DNA of 64,000 nt from Podarcis filfolensis (taxonomy: Eukaryota), in the NCBI GenBank assembly GCA_964270895.1, contig OZ185437.1; one strand, 5' to 3'. Shown here in pieces: positions 51,424-63,254 of the stretch. A model generated the notes under the pieces. That model did no database searches and was not told where the DNA came from. It saw only the letters and a program-made list of their open reading frames with translations. Position 1 is the stretch's first letter, and each line of letters starts with the position of its first letter. The translations under genes were made by a program, and so were the position numbers.

Positions 51424-53239
51424 ATACACAGCTCCAAGGATAGATACAAAAATGCAAAGTCTGTAACATACATTATCACTAATCATTCAATAAGTGACAC
51501 ATTGTGGTATGTAGACTTGCCAAATCGATTTAGGAATAACAATTGCACAGTCAGATGGCGTATGAAGTTTGCTGTCACTGGATTTGTTGGCAAAGTTTGT
51601 AAACACCAACATTCTTTGTCAAACTTATGCCCTATTCAGAGACTTTGTAAACTGTAAAGTATCCTGTAAAAGCATGGAAAGGATACATACATGCTTTTTA
51701 GCAATTAAATGCATGAGAACATTTACGTGATTTTGGACGAGTGAAATTATTCCTGCTCTTAATATTCTAGTGAAAGACCTCTCTTTTCCGCAAGACCTTG
51801 GGCTAAAAGCTCCTGTGTTAAAATAAAGGTATTTGTATGCATGTTTTTAGGGGGGAAGTACTGGATGTTGTTGCCAAGTGCAAAAGACCTGGTATTGTTA
51901 AGCTTTTTTATGTTTCTGGTTTAAAGGCACTATTATTAATGTGACACCTTAAAAACCTGTCAGTGCACAAATAATACTAGGACAACTTATGAGGACAGCC
52001 ACAGAAAAACAATTTTCTGATAAACAGAAGAATCTTTTCACAGCTGCAAAACAAACATAACCAAGGGCTAAAAGATAAAGCTAGAAAATTAAAACTAGAA
52101 ACATGGTATACATAAAATCCACTGAAACTTTTCATCAAAGCAAATCAACAGCAGACTAGGTAACTTTAAGCCCATAGAAGCCCATAGAACAGAGTATCTT
52201 AAAAGAAGATACAATCCAGTTCAACAAGATGTGTATATGAAAGATCACGATTCAAAGAGGAGCTAAAGGATGCAATGGTGTTTACAGGATCAAAATGTTT
52301 AAAAACTAAGGGTTGTATCCAATACCATGTGATCAGCATTCTGCACACACACACAGTGGCACTATTCCTTCCTCTCTTCTCCCCATGTGCCCCCTAAATT
52401 TGCTCCAAAGGGTCCCCAACCCCCAGTCTGCTGCATGAGCAAAAAAGAAGTGTTGGATGCAATCCTGAAACTGCCTGTAGCCTGCCTCAAGGGGCAGTTG
52501 TATCAGTTTTCCACCTTCAGGCAAGGGGAAGAGATAGAGAATGATTTGTTTGTTTCCAATTTAATTAATATGGCTGGCAGTTTGTCAGTAGACACCAGAC
52601 AGTTCTTCTCTCTGCTAGAACTACACCTTTGTGGGTGAGAAAAAACTTGTATGTGTTTTGATCCAACTGGAACGAGGGCCAAGGAGGAACACAAAAGGAG
52701 CAGCAACCAGAGGTGCATAAAACCCAGCTGCCTGTATTATTGGAGGGGAGCACAGTAGAGCATCTCTGAAAACTATCCAGCTTGATTTGCCCATTTCATT
52801 GCAGAAAAAAGGGGGATGTATCAATATAATTCTTAAACAATTGAATAAAAAACGGAAACTATGTTTCTTGTTATGATGCAAAACGGCCTCAGAAGTCATA
52901 ATACTAGATTGAAATGCACATAAGTTGTAGGTAATATTGCCATGTATCATTATCATGTACCCAAACCAGACCAAACTGGTTGTTAAAGTTACACACACTC
53001 AACTCACAAGGATTCCTCCAGGAGTCTTGCTAGGTGCCTACTGAATGCCTGTAGCAGCACTCTCGCATCTGCTGGTATTGCTTTATGACATAAAAGAGCC
53101 AAAATCTCACACTTAAACCTGTAACATCCAAGTTATTATCAGCGGGGACTTTGTAATCATATCAGCTCCTAATTTCAAGACACATTTTCCTGGAGGCAGA
53201 GGCAGGGGGAGGGTGGATAGGGTGGTAGTAGTAGTAGAA

Positions 53240-53388
53240 GTTATTATTATTATTATTATTAATTTATTTATTATTATTATTTCTACCATGCCCATCTGGC
53301 TGGGTTTCCCCAGTCACACTCTGGGCAGCTCCCAACAAAACACTAAAACAGAATAAAACTTCAAACATTTAAAACTTCCTTCTTAAGT
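53240..53388 (-). mobile_element. L2-clade 3' tail fragment
   Basis: (ATT)n plus cccatctggctgggtttccccag...ctctgggcagctcccaa; same tail as the 7422-8186 copy. Confidence 0.8.
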
Positions 53389-53639
53389 TGCAGTCAACTT
53401 ACTCCTCCCTGGCAATACTACGATCTATCAACTACTATTCCACATTTGCCACATTAATGAAAGAGATATTGGAAAACAGCATCTAATCTAACAGCATCAG
53501 CATTCCTGAAACTTGTATACTAAAAAGATAAGGGTGCTATAATAGATTAAGCTACAAATTACAGCAACCAGCCCACCCATAAAACAATGAAATGTTTACA
53601 GACAATCCATTTTTAAATTTTAAAAAAGCATAAAGTTAC

Positions 53640-53715
53640 CTCCAGTCCAACTTCTCAACCAGAAAGGCACAGATAAGAAAACCAGTACGATTGAAACCAT
53701 GTGTACAATGAACAC
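53640..53715 (-). CDS. RNGTT: RNGTT exon 5, triphosphatase active site ([25 protein letters not shown])
   Basis: HCxxxxxRT P-loop with Cys126; acceptor TTTTAG, donor GTAACT, 76 nt. Confidence 0.98.
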
Positions 53716-54899
53716 CTAAAAAACAAAAATTAATTGTAGTTACAGAGACTATTTTAAAGCACCAATATTTCTTTTCTGACACAGTCAGCCCTCAAACAGG
53801 TTCTCCCTTCAGGGTGGGGTCAGTTGACTGCTACATTTCTCTCCCCCTGCCACATATTTGGAACAGCAACTCTGTGCTGGAAGAAATCAGAGCGGAAGCT
53901 AGATTAGGTAGGCTATAAATGCTTCCATGAGTAAACAAGCATTTCATTCCTTTACGTTCTACTTTCAGCCAGGGGCTGAAGCCAGAAGTGCAACCTATTA
54001 CTCCTGAATGCAGTTCTCCCAAGAAGGATGGCTTTGAGCTTCCTTGATGCAAGCACCAGGACCTACATTATTCTGAAGATGCTTTTCTTTCCTTCCCACC
54101 AAAGATGTCGATCTTTCATTTTTCAGGAAAAGTGAGAGAGAGAACCTTGAACTCTGCTCTCATTTGGTACAAGGCACTTGCCAAGGTCACAGTGCCCAAT
54201 CCCAACCCATTAGGTCTTCCAAACTGTTTTACTCAAACTTCCTCAAATTACCCTGGCCACAGCAGCTATATCCAGCTACGTCCTTCTTTGTCCTTTGCCA
54301 TTCTCCTCCCTGTTCCACTATAATGTGCAAAGAGCACAAACACCCACAGCAGTGCTATGATCTGTAACTGGACACATTTTAAGCAATATTTCTAACCACA
54401 GTTTTTCCAGAATCCAACATTATTCTTCTGTTTCAAAATATTAGGCAAATAAATGTGCCTGAGCTAAAAGGAAGACTGCATTTGCACATTACAGAATGTC
54501 AGGTTTTTTTGTCTTTCTTTGAATTACCACCATCAAAAGATTCCCAAACTTATAACAAGAATTCTGATAAAATCTCATTACTAATACTCATCCATATCAA
54601 GTAGCCTGCACGGAAGCAGCTTAACATCAATTACTGTAGATTAACAGGTGCAAGTATTCCATTTCTCCGACACAAATATTTGTAGGAACCAAAGAAAGGA
54701 CTATAAAGAATTTAGCGACCCAAAACCTGGCGGTGTGGGGAGGAGAAGGGAGATTACATCTCTTTACCTGCTATCAAACAAATAGACAAAGATTCTTCAC
54801 TTAGACTAGAGTAACTAGTCTAGAGTATCAGGGCAGGCAAAGAGTATCCTGTGACTAGAGTATCAGGGCAGGCAAAGAAGTAAAATATTCAATCAACAC

Positions 54900-55080
54900 A
54901 TGATTATCTTATGGGATTCACAAGATGTAATGTCAGTCACCGGCTTAGATGGCTTTAAGTGGGCATCCGGAAAAGTCAGAGTACAGATGGGGTTGAAAGA
55001 TACTAGCTATGAGAAGTTAAACAGAACCTCATGGTTCAGAGACAATACACCTCTGAATACCAGTGACTGGGAGAAAGGCT
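54900..55080 (+). mobile_element. Degraded CR1 3' fragment
   Basis: cttatgggattcacaagatgt...ggcttagatggctttaa resembles the CR1 terminal region. Confidence 0.5.
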
Positions 55081-56401
55081 TCATGTTCCATTTGAAGGCT
55101 TCTCATAGGCACATCTCATACATAGGTATGAGATGCTGAACGAGGGGAGCCCTTGGTCTGATACAACAGGGCTCTCCCTATGTTTTAGGGAACCTTCAAC
55201 AATAGCTTGCATTTTAAGACCACACTGCACTTTGTTATTAAAACAAAGGTCAACAATCAACAATCAGCTACAAGAAAATTCCTGAAGTATTAGATTTATT
55301 ACTTAAGTTATTATATCTGCAGTATGTTTTTTTAAAAACAAAACCGCTTAAGAATATTATTCCTGTGGCAATATCTCCATCTAGTGGCCAATTTAAAAAT
55401 ATATTAAAAGTACAAAGTTATTGATTATAACCAGCTCGGTTTTTTTAATCTTGAGTCTAAATTAAAACACAACTCTCAGTTTTAGATGTCTTTGTTTGTA
55501 TTGGTTTTGTTATTCAAGACAATAACTAATTAAAATAAATAGTTCTGTCCTTTACAGTTCCTACTTAATTCTCAGTATTTCAGGAGTGAAAGATTTGCTG
55601 GCTTATTTCCGTTTTTTGCTTCATTTTACTCAGGACCCATATGGTCTGACATTTACTTATCCAATTGCATTTCCTTTAATGTAAATACATTAATCCAGCA
55701 CTTCAGTTTCCCCCACTTCCACTAAGTCTCTCTATAAAGGCAAGCAAAAACTCAACTAGTTTAGTAAATTCACCTCAGAAGGAAAGAACTAGAGTCTATG
55801 GTTTCAGCAAGTACTTTTTAACAATGTTCCTATTTCAATTAGACAGGCACCTACAGTGATGTTTGGTCATCTGCTGAAAACATTTTTAGAGACTTAATTA
55901 TTTCACTGTTGGTCCTTTGGTCCATCAGGGGGAAAGGCGGGGTATAATAAAATAAGGTCCAGTGCATAGAACAAATGGAATAGTGTCATGATGTTATTTA
56001 CAATTCTCCAGCACTTCTCAATTATACTTGACTCTACCTGCAGAAGTATCACCTATTTTCCCTTAGCAATGTTTGCAGAAAACCTACCAGATGCGAAGTT
56101 TTTAATATGCTAATATTCAAGAAAAAGAGGTAAAAATATTAAGGCAAGATGAAACTTAATGTCAGCCTTGTGAACCATCACACACACTATACCCAGTTCT
56201 GTGTTTAAAACAGAACCATGCCACAGAGGCTACACACATGCCCTCTCCCCATTTTATATCATCAAGAAACCACTAATCATTTAAACACAAGGCGGCTGCC
56301 TTGTACCAGGTCAGATTATCTGTCCACTTGCTCAGTACCAATTTATCTGACAATCAGCAGTTCTACAGTGCCTTAACACAAAGGTCCTTGGTGCTAATAT
56401 C

Positions 56402-56835
56402 ATAATGCCATTATACAAATCTATAGTGCAACCACACTTGGAATACTGTGTAGAGTTGTAATCACCTCACCTACAAAAAGCATATTGTGGAGCTGGATAG
56501 ACAGCCAAAAAGATCAAGGGGGTGAGGAAAGATTACATCAGGTGGGGCTTTTTAGTTCAAGGAAAGGCAAGTAAAAGGAGACATGGCCGAGATGTAGAAA
56601 AGCATACATGGGGTGGGGGGAAAGCAGGCAGAGAAAATTGTTCTCCCTCTCGCATAAGATTAAGAACACAGGAACATTCAATGAAGCCAAATGCTTAATG
56701 TTTCAGGACAGACAAAAGAAAGTACTTCTTCAAACAAAGCATAGTTAAATTATGGAATTTACTCCCTCAAAGAACAGTGACAGCCACCAATTTGGATGCC
56801 TTTAAAAGGTGTTTAAGGATAAGGCTACTAGTTAC
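56402..56835 (+). mobile_element. CR1 LINE 3' fragment
   Basis: IMPLYKSIVQPHLEYCVEL*SPHLQK matches the CR1 ORF2 LYKSxVRPHLEYCVQFWSP motif; ttatggaatttactccc...ggatgcctttaaaagg tail. Confidence 0.82.
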
Positions 56836-56999
56836 AAGTGTTGTGTTCTACCTCCACTGTCCGAGACTGCATTTTCAATAGGTCTACTCTGAGTAAAACT
56901 CAGCCGAATACCACCCACAGACGCCACAACAGAGAGCAGATAGGGACATTCTCTTTCCACTTCTGAGCAATTCAGTGCTATCTCAAGTGGACTTACAGA

Positions 57000-57200
57000 A
57001 GTGGATGGGCACTTGTAAGCTGTCTAATCCAACCTCCTGCTCAGTACAGAAAAGCCAGAACTAGAGCATCTGCAACAGATGGCTGTTCAGCCTCCCCTTA
57101 AAGCTCCTACCTCTAGCAAATTGGTTCCACTGCTGGACTGATTTTGTTGTCAATATGTTTCTCCTAATGCTCAGTTGAAATGTGCCCTCCTACAATTTAT
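57000..57200 (-). mobile_element. Degraded CR1 3' fragment
   Basis: tctaatccaacctcctgctcag...gatggctgttcagcctcc...ttggttccactgctgg pattern typical of reversed CR1 ends. Confidence 0.55.
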
Positions 57201-57349
57201 GCCCCTGCCCACTGGGACTGTATACCCTTACATTTTCCTGTGGAGCACTTGGAATACTATGTAACAAATAATGTATTTCGTTAATTTTACTCACTCCTCT
57301 GAAACTGGCCATTGGGGGGCGTGTTAAAAAATGAGCGTATGCTTTATGC

Positions 57350-58028
57350 CAGTGGTTCCCAATTAGCTAAGTACTGTGGACCCCCCACCTTGGTGTTGAA
57401 CCAAAGGTGGTGTGTTCCAGAAGCCCAACTTCTTCCATATTGATAGTCAAGGTGACCCCATCCTTGATTATTAGTAGCTGTAGCACTGAGCTCATACACA
57501 GCTCACTTTGATATCCACTAATTGGCCTGCCTGGATATAGTACTCTTATTTGTGAGCTTGGGAGGTTGGGCACAGAGCCCAGAAAGAGGAAAAATCTGTA
57601 ATGTTTGAGGTATCAGCCACCTGTTTCCATGTGATGTATGCTGCTCTGTTGTATAAAGAATGTATGTACGTTTGCTTGGGTGTGGACAGTCCAACATCGG
57701 ACAGGCCATCTCCTTGCTCTGGAGTCCCACAGAAGACTTTGAGATGGGGCAAGGGGAAGTGGCAGGTTGCTGTTGCTAAGTCTATTCCTTTCTCTTTAAT
57801 AAAACACTAGAACTGATCACTCTGGCATTTTAGGCGTTTTAGGCTTCCTTGGTTCTTCTGCAAAATCTGAATGTCTGTGAGCCCTCCGGCTCTGCAGGTT
57901 GCAACACCAAGCCATAGATCCCCTACTTTTGAAAATGTTGATATCACTATGGTAGTTTTTTATTATGTGAATGGTGCCATGAACCCCCTGGGTGGGTTCC
58001 ACAGACAACCACCAATTTGGAACCACTG
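57350..58028. mobile_element. hAT-type non-autonomous element containing a solo LTR
   Basis: TIR cagtggttcccaatt / aatttggaaccactg; 8-bp TSD ctttatgc / ctttatac. Confidence 0.85.
57597..57862 (+). mobile_element. Solo LTR (266 bp)
   Basis: TG...CA termini, exact 5-bp TSD aaatc (57592-57596 and 57863-57867), TATAAA at 57652 and AATAAA at 57798 in U3-R order. Confidence 0.72.
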
Positions 58029-58581
58029 CTTTATACAATGCCTGTGCTTTATAGAGACTACCAAGTAATGTAGCCAAGAGGGCTAATACTACACTGTAGA
58101 AATTAATCAGGTAAACTTCAAGACTAGATATACCCAACTAGACATTCAGGCCTGTACATACATTACCAGTAATAACAACTATATTTTTCTCAAAGTGTAG
58201 GATTCACCCAAGTTTTACTCAGAGCAGACCCACTGAAATTAATGAGCATGATTGTTAGGCCCATGAATTTCAATAGTTTTACTCTGAGTAAAACATAGTT
58301 GACTAACACCTATTTTATTCTGTCCCAGTTGTGTGATGCTGGCCAAATTAATTCAATGCCTTTAAAGGAAGATGGTTCTTTTACCTGGAACATAACATAG
58401 GTGTACTAAATAACGCCCCCCCCCCCCCCGCATAAGTACTACTGACCACACTACTACCACGGGAAATGCTCACTCCCAAATAAAACTGGTATATATATGG
58501 TGGGGAAAGGATTGGGTGTTGTGTGAAGAGAGAGATAAACAAGGCAGAAGAATGGCAAAAACAGAAATATTAAACACGTAC

Positions 58582-58670
58582 CTATAAGTTCTGTTGGGTT
58601 CTTATTACTAAAATGTTCACATATACGAATGAATGTTTCTGTGTTATCAGCTGTGGGGCATTCACCATGC
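58582..58670 (-). CDS. RNGTT: RNGTT exon 4 ([30 protein letters not shown])
   Basis: Acceptor TGCCAG, donor GTACGT, 89 nt; follows a 79-nt intron 3. Confidence 0.97.
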
Positions 58671-58749
58671 CTGGCAAAACAAAACAGTCAAAGTTATAGA
58701 AACACTCCTCTTGTGTAAAAGCAAATACTCGTGAATTCAATCAACTTAC

Positions 58750-58853
58750 CCTTTACACTGAAGTTTTATATATGTGATCCCATCCTTCTCTATATCACTC
58801 CTGTCATAGAACCTAGTGGTGTTTGTCAAGTCTATCAGCAGACCCATCTTAAC
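58750..58853 (-). CDS. RNGTT: RNGTT exon 3 ([35 protein letters not shown])
   Basis: Acceptor TTCCAG, donor GTAAGT, 104 nt. Not in the ORF track; read by hand. Confidence 0.97.
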
Positions 58854-59360
58854 CTGGAAATAATAAAACCAGTGTTTAAGGCACACACAGTTCTTCCCAG
58901 GACTAACTGCCCCCCCCCCCCGCCAAAAAAGAACTTATCAACCACTCCACACTGTCTCAACCCTTCTCCAACTCCTTAATGCTGCTGTTGATAAAAGTGC
59001 TTTTAGCAGTCTCCACCACCACAGCATACTGCGTGATAGAGAAGCTCATCCCAAAAAGTCTCCTAAGTTTGTGCCCATATTGTTATTTTTTTTTTACTTT
59101 TGCCTCAAAAGTTAGTTTATTTACCTTCTGTTTGTTATCTTCAGCATGCATATCCTCTGCACATCTAACATACCTTGCCTCACTCCTCTCAAACTAGCAA
59201 TTCTTTTGGTTAAAAAATGTAGACATCCACTTTGAGTGTAGACAGTAGTAAAGTGGATTTATAGCCCCAGGCTACCAGGCAACAATAATAATAAAAAGGA
59301 GAGTACCAAGAAACAATTGCATAGCCAAATCTAAATGTGAATTTGAGGCTACATATATGC

Positions 59361-59426
59361 CTGACGTGCTCTGGTCCCTGGGGTCACGAAGAGTCGGACA
59401 CGACTAAACAACTAAACAACAACAAC
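59361..59426 (+). mobile_element. 66-bp BovB (RTE) 3' terminal fragment
   Basis: ggtcacgaagagtcggacacgactaaac...(AAC)n is the BovB 3' end; 6-bp TSD atatgc at 59355-59360 and 59427-59432. Confidence 0.75.
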
Positions 59427-59744
59427 ATATGCTATGGAAGCACGCTGGGCACTTTTCCTCTGACGTGCTGTTGCACATATGCTTACAGAGTTTATACAGT
59501 TAATGTATAATGTTTCACCAGTGCAAAAGGATAGTGATTCTGTAGAGAAAGTGGCTTATATCTATCTGTACATCTTCCCTCCGCAATTGTGATTTCCCAC
59601 TACCACTGTCCCCAAATAGCCATTATGTACCACTGTCCCAAACAGCCATTATGTACAATCTTCTAATATTATACTTATCAAAGGGAAGGGGGAAATCAAA
59701 TGTTTATGCAGTGAAGGAAACACTTCTTTGGTTTTATTCTTTAC

Positions 59745-59854
59745 CTTAAGACTTTTCAAGTAGTTTGATAACATACTGGGGTGGAAACGATACTCTTCAG
59801 CAACTTGATCATCATATTTTGGTCCCAACATTGTCTTCAGGGGCAAAAACTTCC
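59745..59854 (-). CDS. RNGTT: RNGTT exon 2 ([36 protein letters not shown])
   Basis: Acceptor CACAG, donor GTAAAG, 110 nt, in frame. Confidence 0.97.
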
Positions 59855-60441
59855 CTGTGTGGCAACAAAATCAAAAAAAATCTTACGTCTTACAGCACAC
59901 CTATGGAGTCATATAAACATGTGCGACCGTCGGCCTGAATCTTTGTTAAAATGCTTTCACGAGAACTGTAGCGGAGTTTGCAAGATTTCGTTTCGGTTTA
60001 AAACTAACCAAACCAAACTGAAACCCTGGCAGCACCGCCATATCCAGAACGATGAGTAAATGCTTTCATACACCTGTGGGACTCCCAAGTCCTACGTAAA
60101 CGGGGAAGCTGCGTGAACCTGATCTGTGTCTGGACCCATGTAACCTGCGCACCTGCGTCTGTCCAGGAGAGACTGTGACAATTATCTCTTTGGACTGGAG
60201 GAGCGTGAATAAACCCGAGGACCTGTCTCCGCGAAGGCCGAGTCTCTCAGGGCAAGGATAACAAGGCACCAAGCGGGGCACAAGTCCTCCTCTACCCGCC
60301 TGCAAACCACCGATCGCACCGGCGCGCCAGGAGGCACAGGCGCAAGTGTCCCGGGGCCGGGAGAGGCACGGCTGCCGCGCGCGAAAGCGACGCCTGTCCC
60401 GCCCTGCCGTCGCCTCACCGGCCACCCCGATCTCCGCTCAC

Positions 60442-60505
60442 CTGCCACGGGCTGCCCGCGCCTCGGGCAGCTCAGCCACCGCGGCGGGATCTTGTTGAAA
60501 GACAT
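60442..60505 (-). CDS. RNGTT: mRNA capping enzyme exon 1 (MSFNKIPPRWLSCPRRGQPVA-G)
   Basis: ATG in GCCGCCATG context at 60505; donor G|GTGAG at 60441; N-terminus matches vertebrate RNGTT. Confidence 0.97.
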
Positions 60506-60592
60506 GGCGGCCCCGAGGCCGGAAGACTGACGCAGCCGCCTCGCTTCTCCGGGAGGCAGGACTCCCTGACAGCTCCCCCTCCCGCGCCAGTA

Positions 60593-60622
60593 GCGGCGGC
60601 GGCGGCGGCGGCGGCAGCAGCA
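60593..60622. repeat. (GCG)7(GCA)3 trinucleotide tract, 88-117 nt upstream of the RNGTT ATG
   Basis: Direct reading; reads (TGC)3(CGC)7 in the RNGTT sense. Confidence 0.95.
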
Positions 60623-63216
60623 GTCCCAACCACTTCGCACGGAAGCCGCCAGACCACAATGCACCGCGGCCGAGAGCGGCCGGTTCCGCTTCCGGGATCC
60701 ATCGAGCTTGCCGCTTGCTCTGGCCACTCTAGGAAGAAAGGAAGGGGTGTCCCGTCCTCTCTGTGGCCGCGCGGTTGTCAAAGCGGAGACGCCGCCCTTC
60801 TTCCCATAGAAGTACGAAACATGCAGAGGAATACCTCAGGCTTGAAGGAGCGGGGAGTCATTATTAACTCTATTACTGTAATGCGGTGGGTTTTCAAGCA
60901 AAATATGGTTTCTGCAAGCAAGGGGTTTTAATTTAATAAAGTTTATACTGTACTGTACTGTAAAATACATATAGAGTGGGATTTAACGTAGCTCACCCAA
61001 ACCCCGCAGAGAGGATTGGGGAGGCGGCGGGAAGAGGGAGGTCCCGTTGCGCCATATGTTATTTTAATAGACTAAGTTAAATTTGCACGCAACTACTGGA
61101 TCCCGTCCAGCTTTGCTGGAAGGTGGTGCGTCTTAACATCGTCTCGCTCCTCGCACCAAAAATGGGCGCCCTATCCAATATTAGACTGCTTCTTGTGGCA
61201 ATGCAATTGTGTTAACAGGACACGTTTAAGATGTGAGTTGCGTTTTAAAAAATAATAAATAAAGCCCACAAAGAAGACCTGAGTTTGAAAGTAAATTGTA
61301 GACTTTTCCGTTGTCTCCTGTGTGCAGCTTTCACTTTTACTGTTTTAGCAAGCCTGGAGGGCAGAGAAACAGTCTAGGCTTTTGCAAGAGACTCAAATTA
61401 CTTTTGAGCCATCAAAAGCATTGGGGAAACCCCTTCTGAAGACCAAGAAACGGCCAGGCTAAAAAAAAAATAAAAACAGGGTTACCATGTGTCCCCTTTT
61501 TCTAAGACACACCCTCGTTTTCAGACAGTTTGAGACAAATTGCATTTATGTGCTTAGCAAAGTGGTGTCGGTGGGATCTGCTCAGGAGCAGGTGCTGGGG
61601 CAGTGCCTCAAAGCCATCTTCCAAGCACTGGCATTTACTGCCACTTGCCTGGGTGGTGCAGTGGCGAGACAAGGTGGTGGTGAGGTCAGGGATGCACCTG
61701 TAGAGCCCATCCAGCACTCTCACCCATGTGCTTATGCAGCCTTATGCACCATTCAGGTAAACAATGACCACACCATGGTCAGGATGGTGACACTGTGATG
61801 CCACTCCTATGTGGGTTAGTCCTAAGTGCAGCGGGGGGTGGGGGTGGCTTCCACCAGCTGAATGGCAGCCACCCAAACTCAATGTTATATTGTGGGAGAG
61901 AACAGGCATTGTAAGGCACATGGGCTAAAACTGATACCACTTTGAAAAAACTACCAATTATCCATTATGAATACATAAAAAAAAAATACAACCCCACGGA
62001 AATTCAGACACACGTCCTTATTCCACACTGATACTTCAACTTCAAATTAACCATCATCCTCCAATCATAAGGAAGATTTATAAAATCATGGAACCACTAA
62101 AAATTAAGCATAATCTCAGGGGCGGGGGGGCCAAAGCAGGTGTCTCCTGTGTCTTCATAACTGTTTAGTTTTAACTTTTTATGTTTGCTACCCTGGACTC
62201 CTTTGGGAGGAAGGGCAGGATAGGAATTTAAAACAATAAGTGTGTCTTTAATTTTAACTACTGCCAATATAGTTCATTAGCTGGATCAGGGTTCACATTG
62301 TTTTGGAGTCAAATCTACGTGCACACAAAACAAAACAAAAATACCCTGATCCTTAATGTTTGATTTAAATGCAGCCTTCAGTCAGTAGGTGGCGCAAAGA
62401 TTTCACATACTCACACAACATTAATTGCAAAGCTTCATCTCATTGGTGTATGAATAAAGCACAATCCATAAACACGTAATATATTAAAAACAGGAAGGAA
62501 AGAAACAATTGTCAAATGATTCATCAGCAGATTTCAAAATGCTGTATCAGGTTTCAGCCTCCAACACCAAATGCCTTTGTAAAGAAATGTCTTTAGATAG
62601 CAACAAAAAGTCAGTACAGTAATGAGGGGGACAACTGTATCGTCATAATGTAAGAAGAAACATGATTTGAACTGAAGCCTTAAGGGAAAATTCCCTGAAC
62701 ATCAGACTTATAAGGCAACAGGAAAAGTTAAAATAATTATTAGCATTCTGTGGGGGTTTAATAATAATTTTAAAAGGACTTTATTAATATTAAGCTATAC
62801 AAATAAAATGCTCTAGAGGAGGTTATTGAAAGAGCAAACATTGTGTTTGTACTATTTATGTTGACTCTAAAACTCAGCCTTCAAGAAGGTAAACAATGGA
62901 ACTATTGCTTTCATAAATGTGACCTACTTTCCAGACCTTGTTGACACTAGAAGATAGCTGCCTGACCTTGAAACAGTTGGCATTGGCAACGGGCCCAACC
63001 ATTGCTTCCCAAAACACAGTTCAGCTGTCCAAGGAACTAAGTGTAAAGCATGCTCATGTCTATTCTAGAAATTACGGCTGAGGCCTATGATCCCAGTGGT
63101 TCTGTTTTGAACATAATGTGCTCAGCTGCATTAGCTGCCAGCCCAAAGTAAATGTGACTATGTGGGAATAAAGAAGGCCTCACGTACGAATACTGAGGGA
63201 GGGCAGCACAATGTGA

Positions 63217-63254
63217 CACATACATATACATACACACACACACACACACACACA
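63217..63254. repeat. (CA)n / CATA microsatellite
   Basis: Direct reading. Confidence 0.9.

Larger units (their letters stand above)
10723..60505 (-). other. RNGTT: RNGTT gene, coding span of exons 1-11; the gene continues past the left edge of the window
   Basis: Eleven exons (64,110,104,89,76,253,110,102,136,72,165 nt; 1281 nt) join in frame through GT-AG introns. The translation matches vertebrate mRNA capping enzyme, with a triphosphatase domain followed by a guanylyltransferase domain. Confidence 0.98.
60150..61170 (-). promoter_or_regulatory. RNGTT: CpG island / housekeeping-type promoter and 5' UTR of RNGTT
   Basis: Sharp rise in GC and CpG around exon 1. ETS-type CCGGAAG motifs at 60519-60525 and 60689-60695 (opposite strand). 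YY1-like CCGCCAT overlaps the start codon. The TSS cannot be determined from sequence. Confidence 0.85.

Noticed and set aside
60066-60931. Several long ORFs in the CpG island (e.g. 60182..60781, 60659..60931) as separate genes
   Set aside because: Explained by stop-codon scarcity in GC-rich DNA; only 60442-60505 has a recognisable protein and splice support.
61487-61798. 103-aa ORF upstream of the promoter as a divergent gene or LINE zinc knuckle
   Set aside because: No recognisable homology or splice pattern; possibly an old repeat, but it cannot be assigned.
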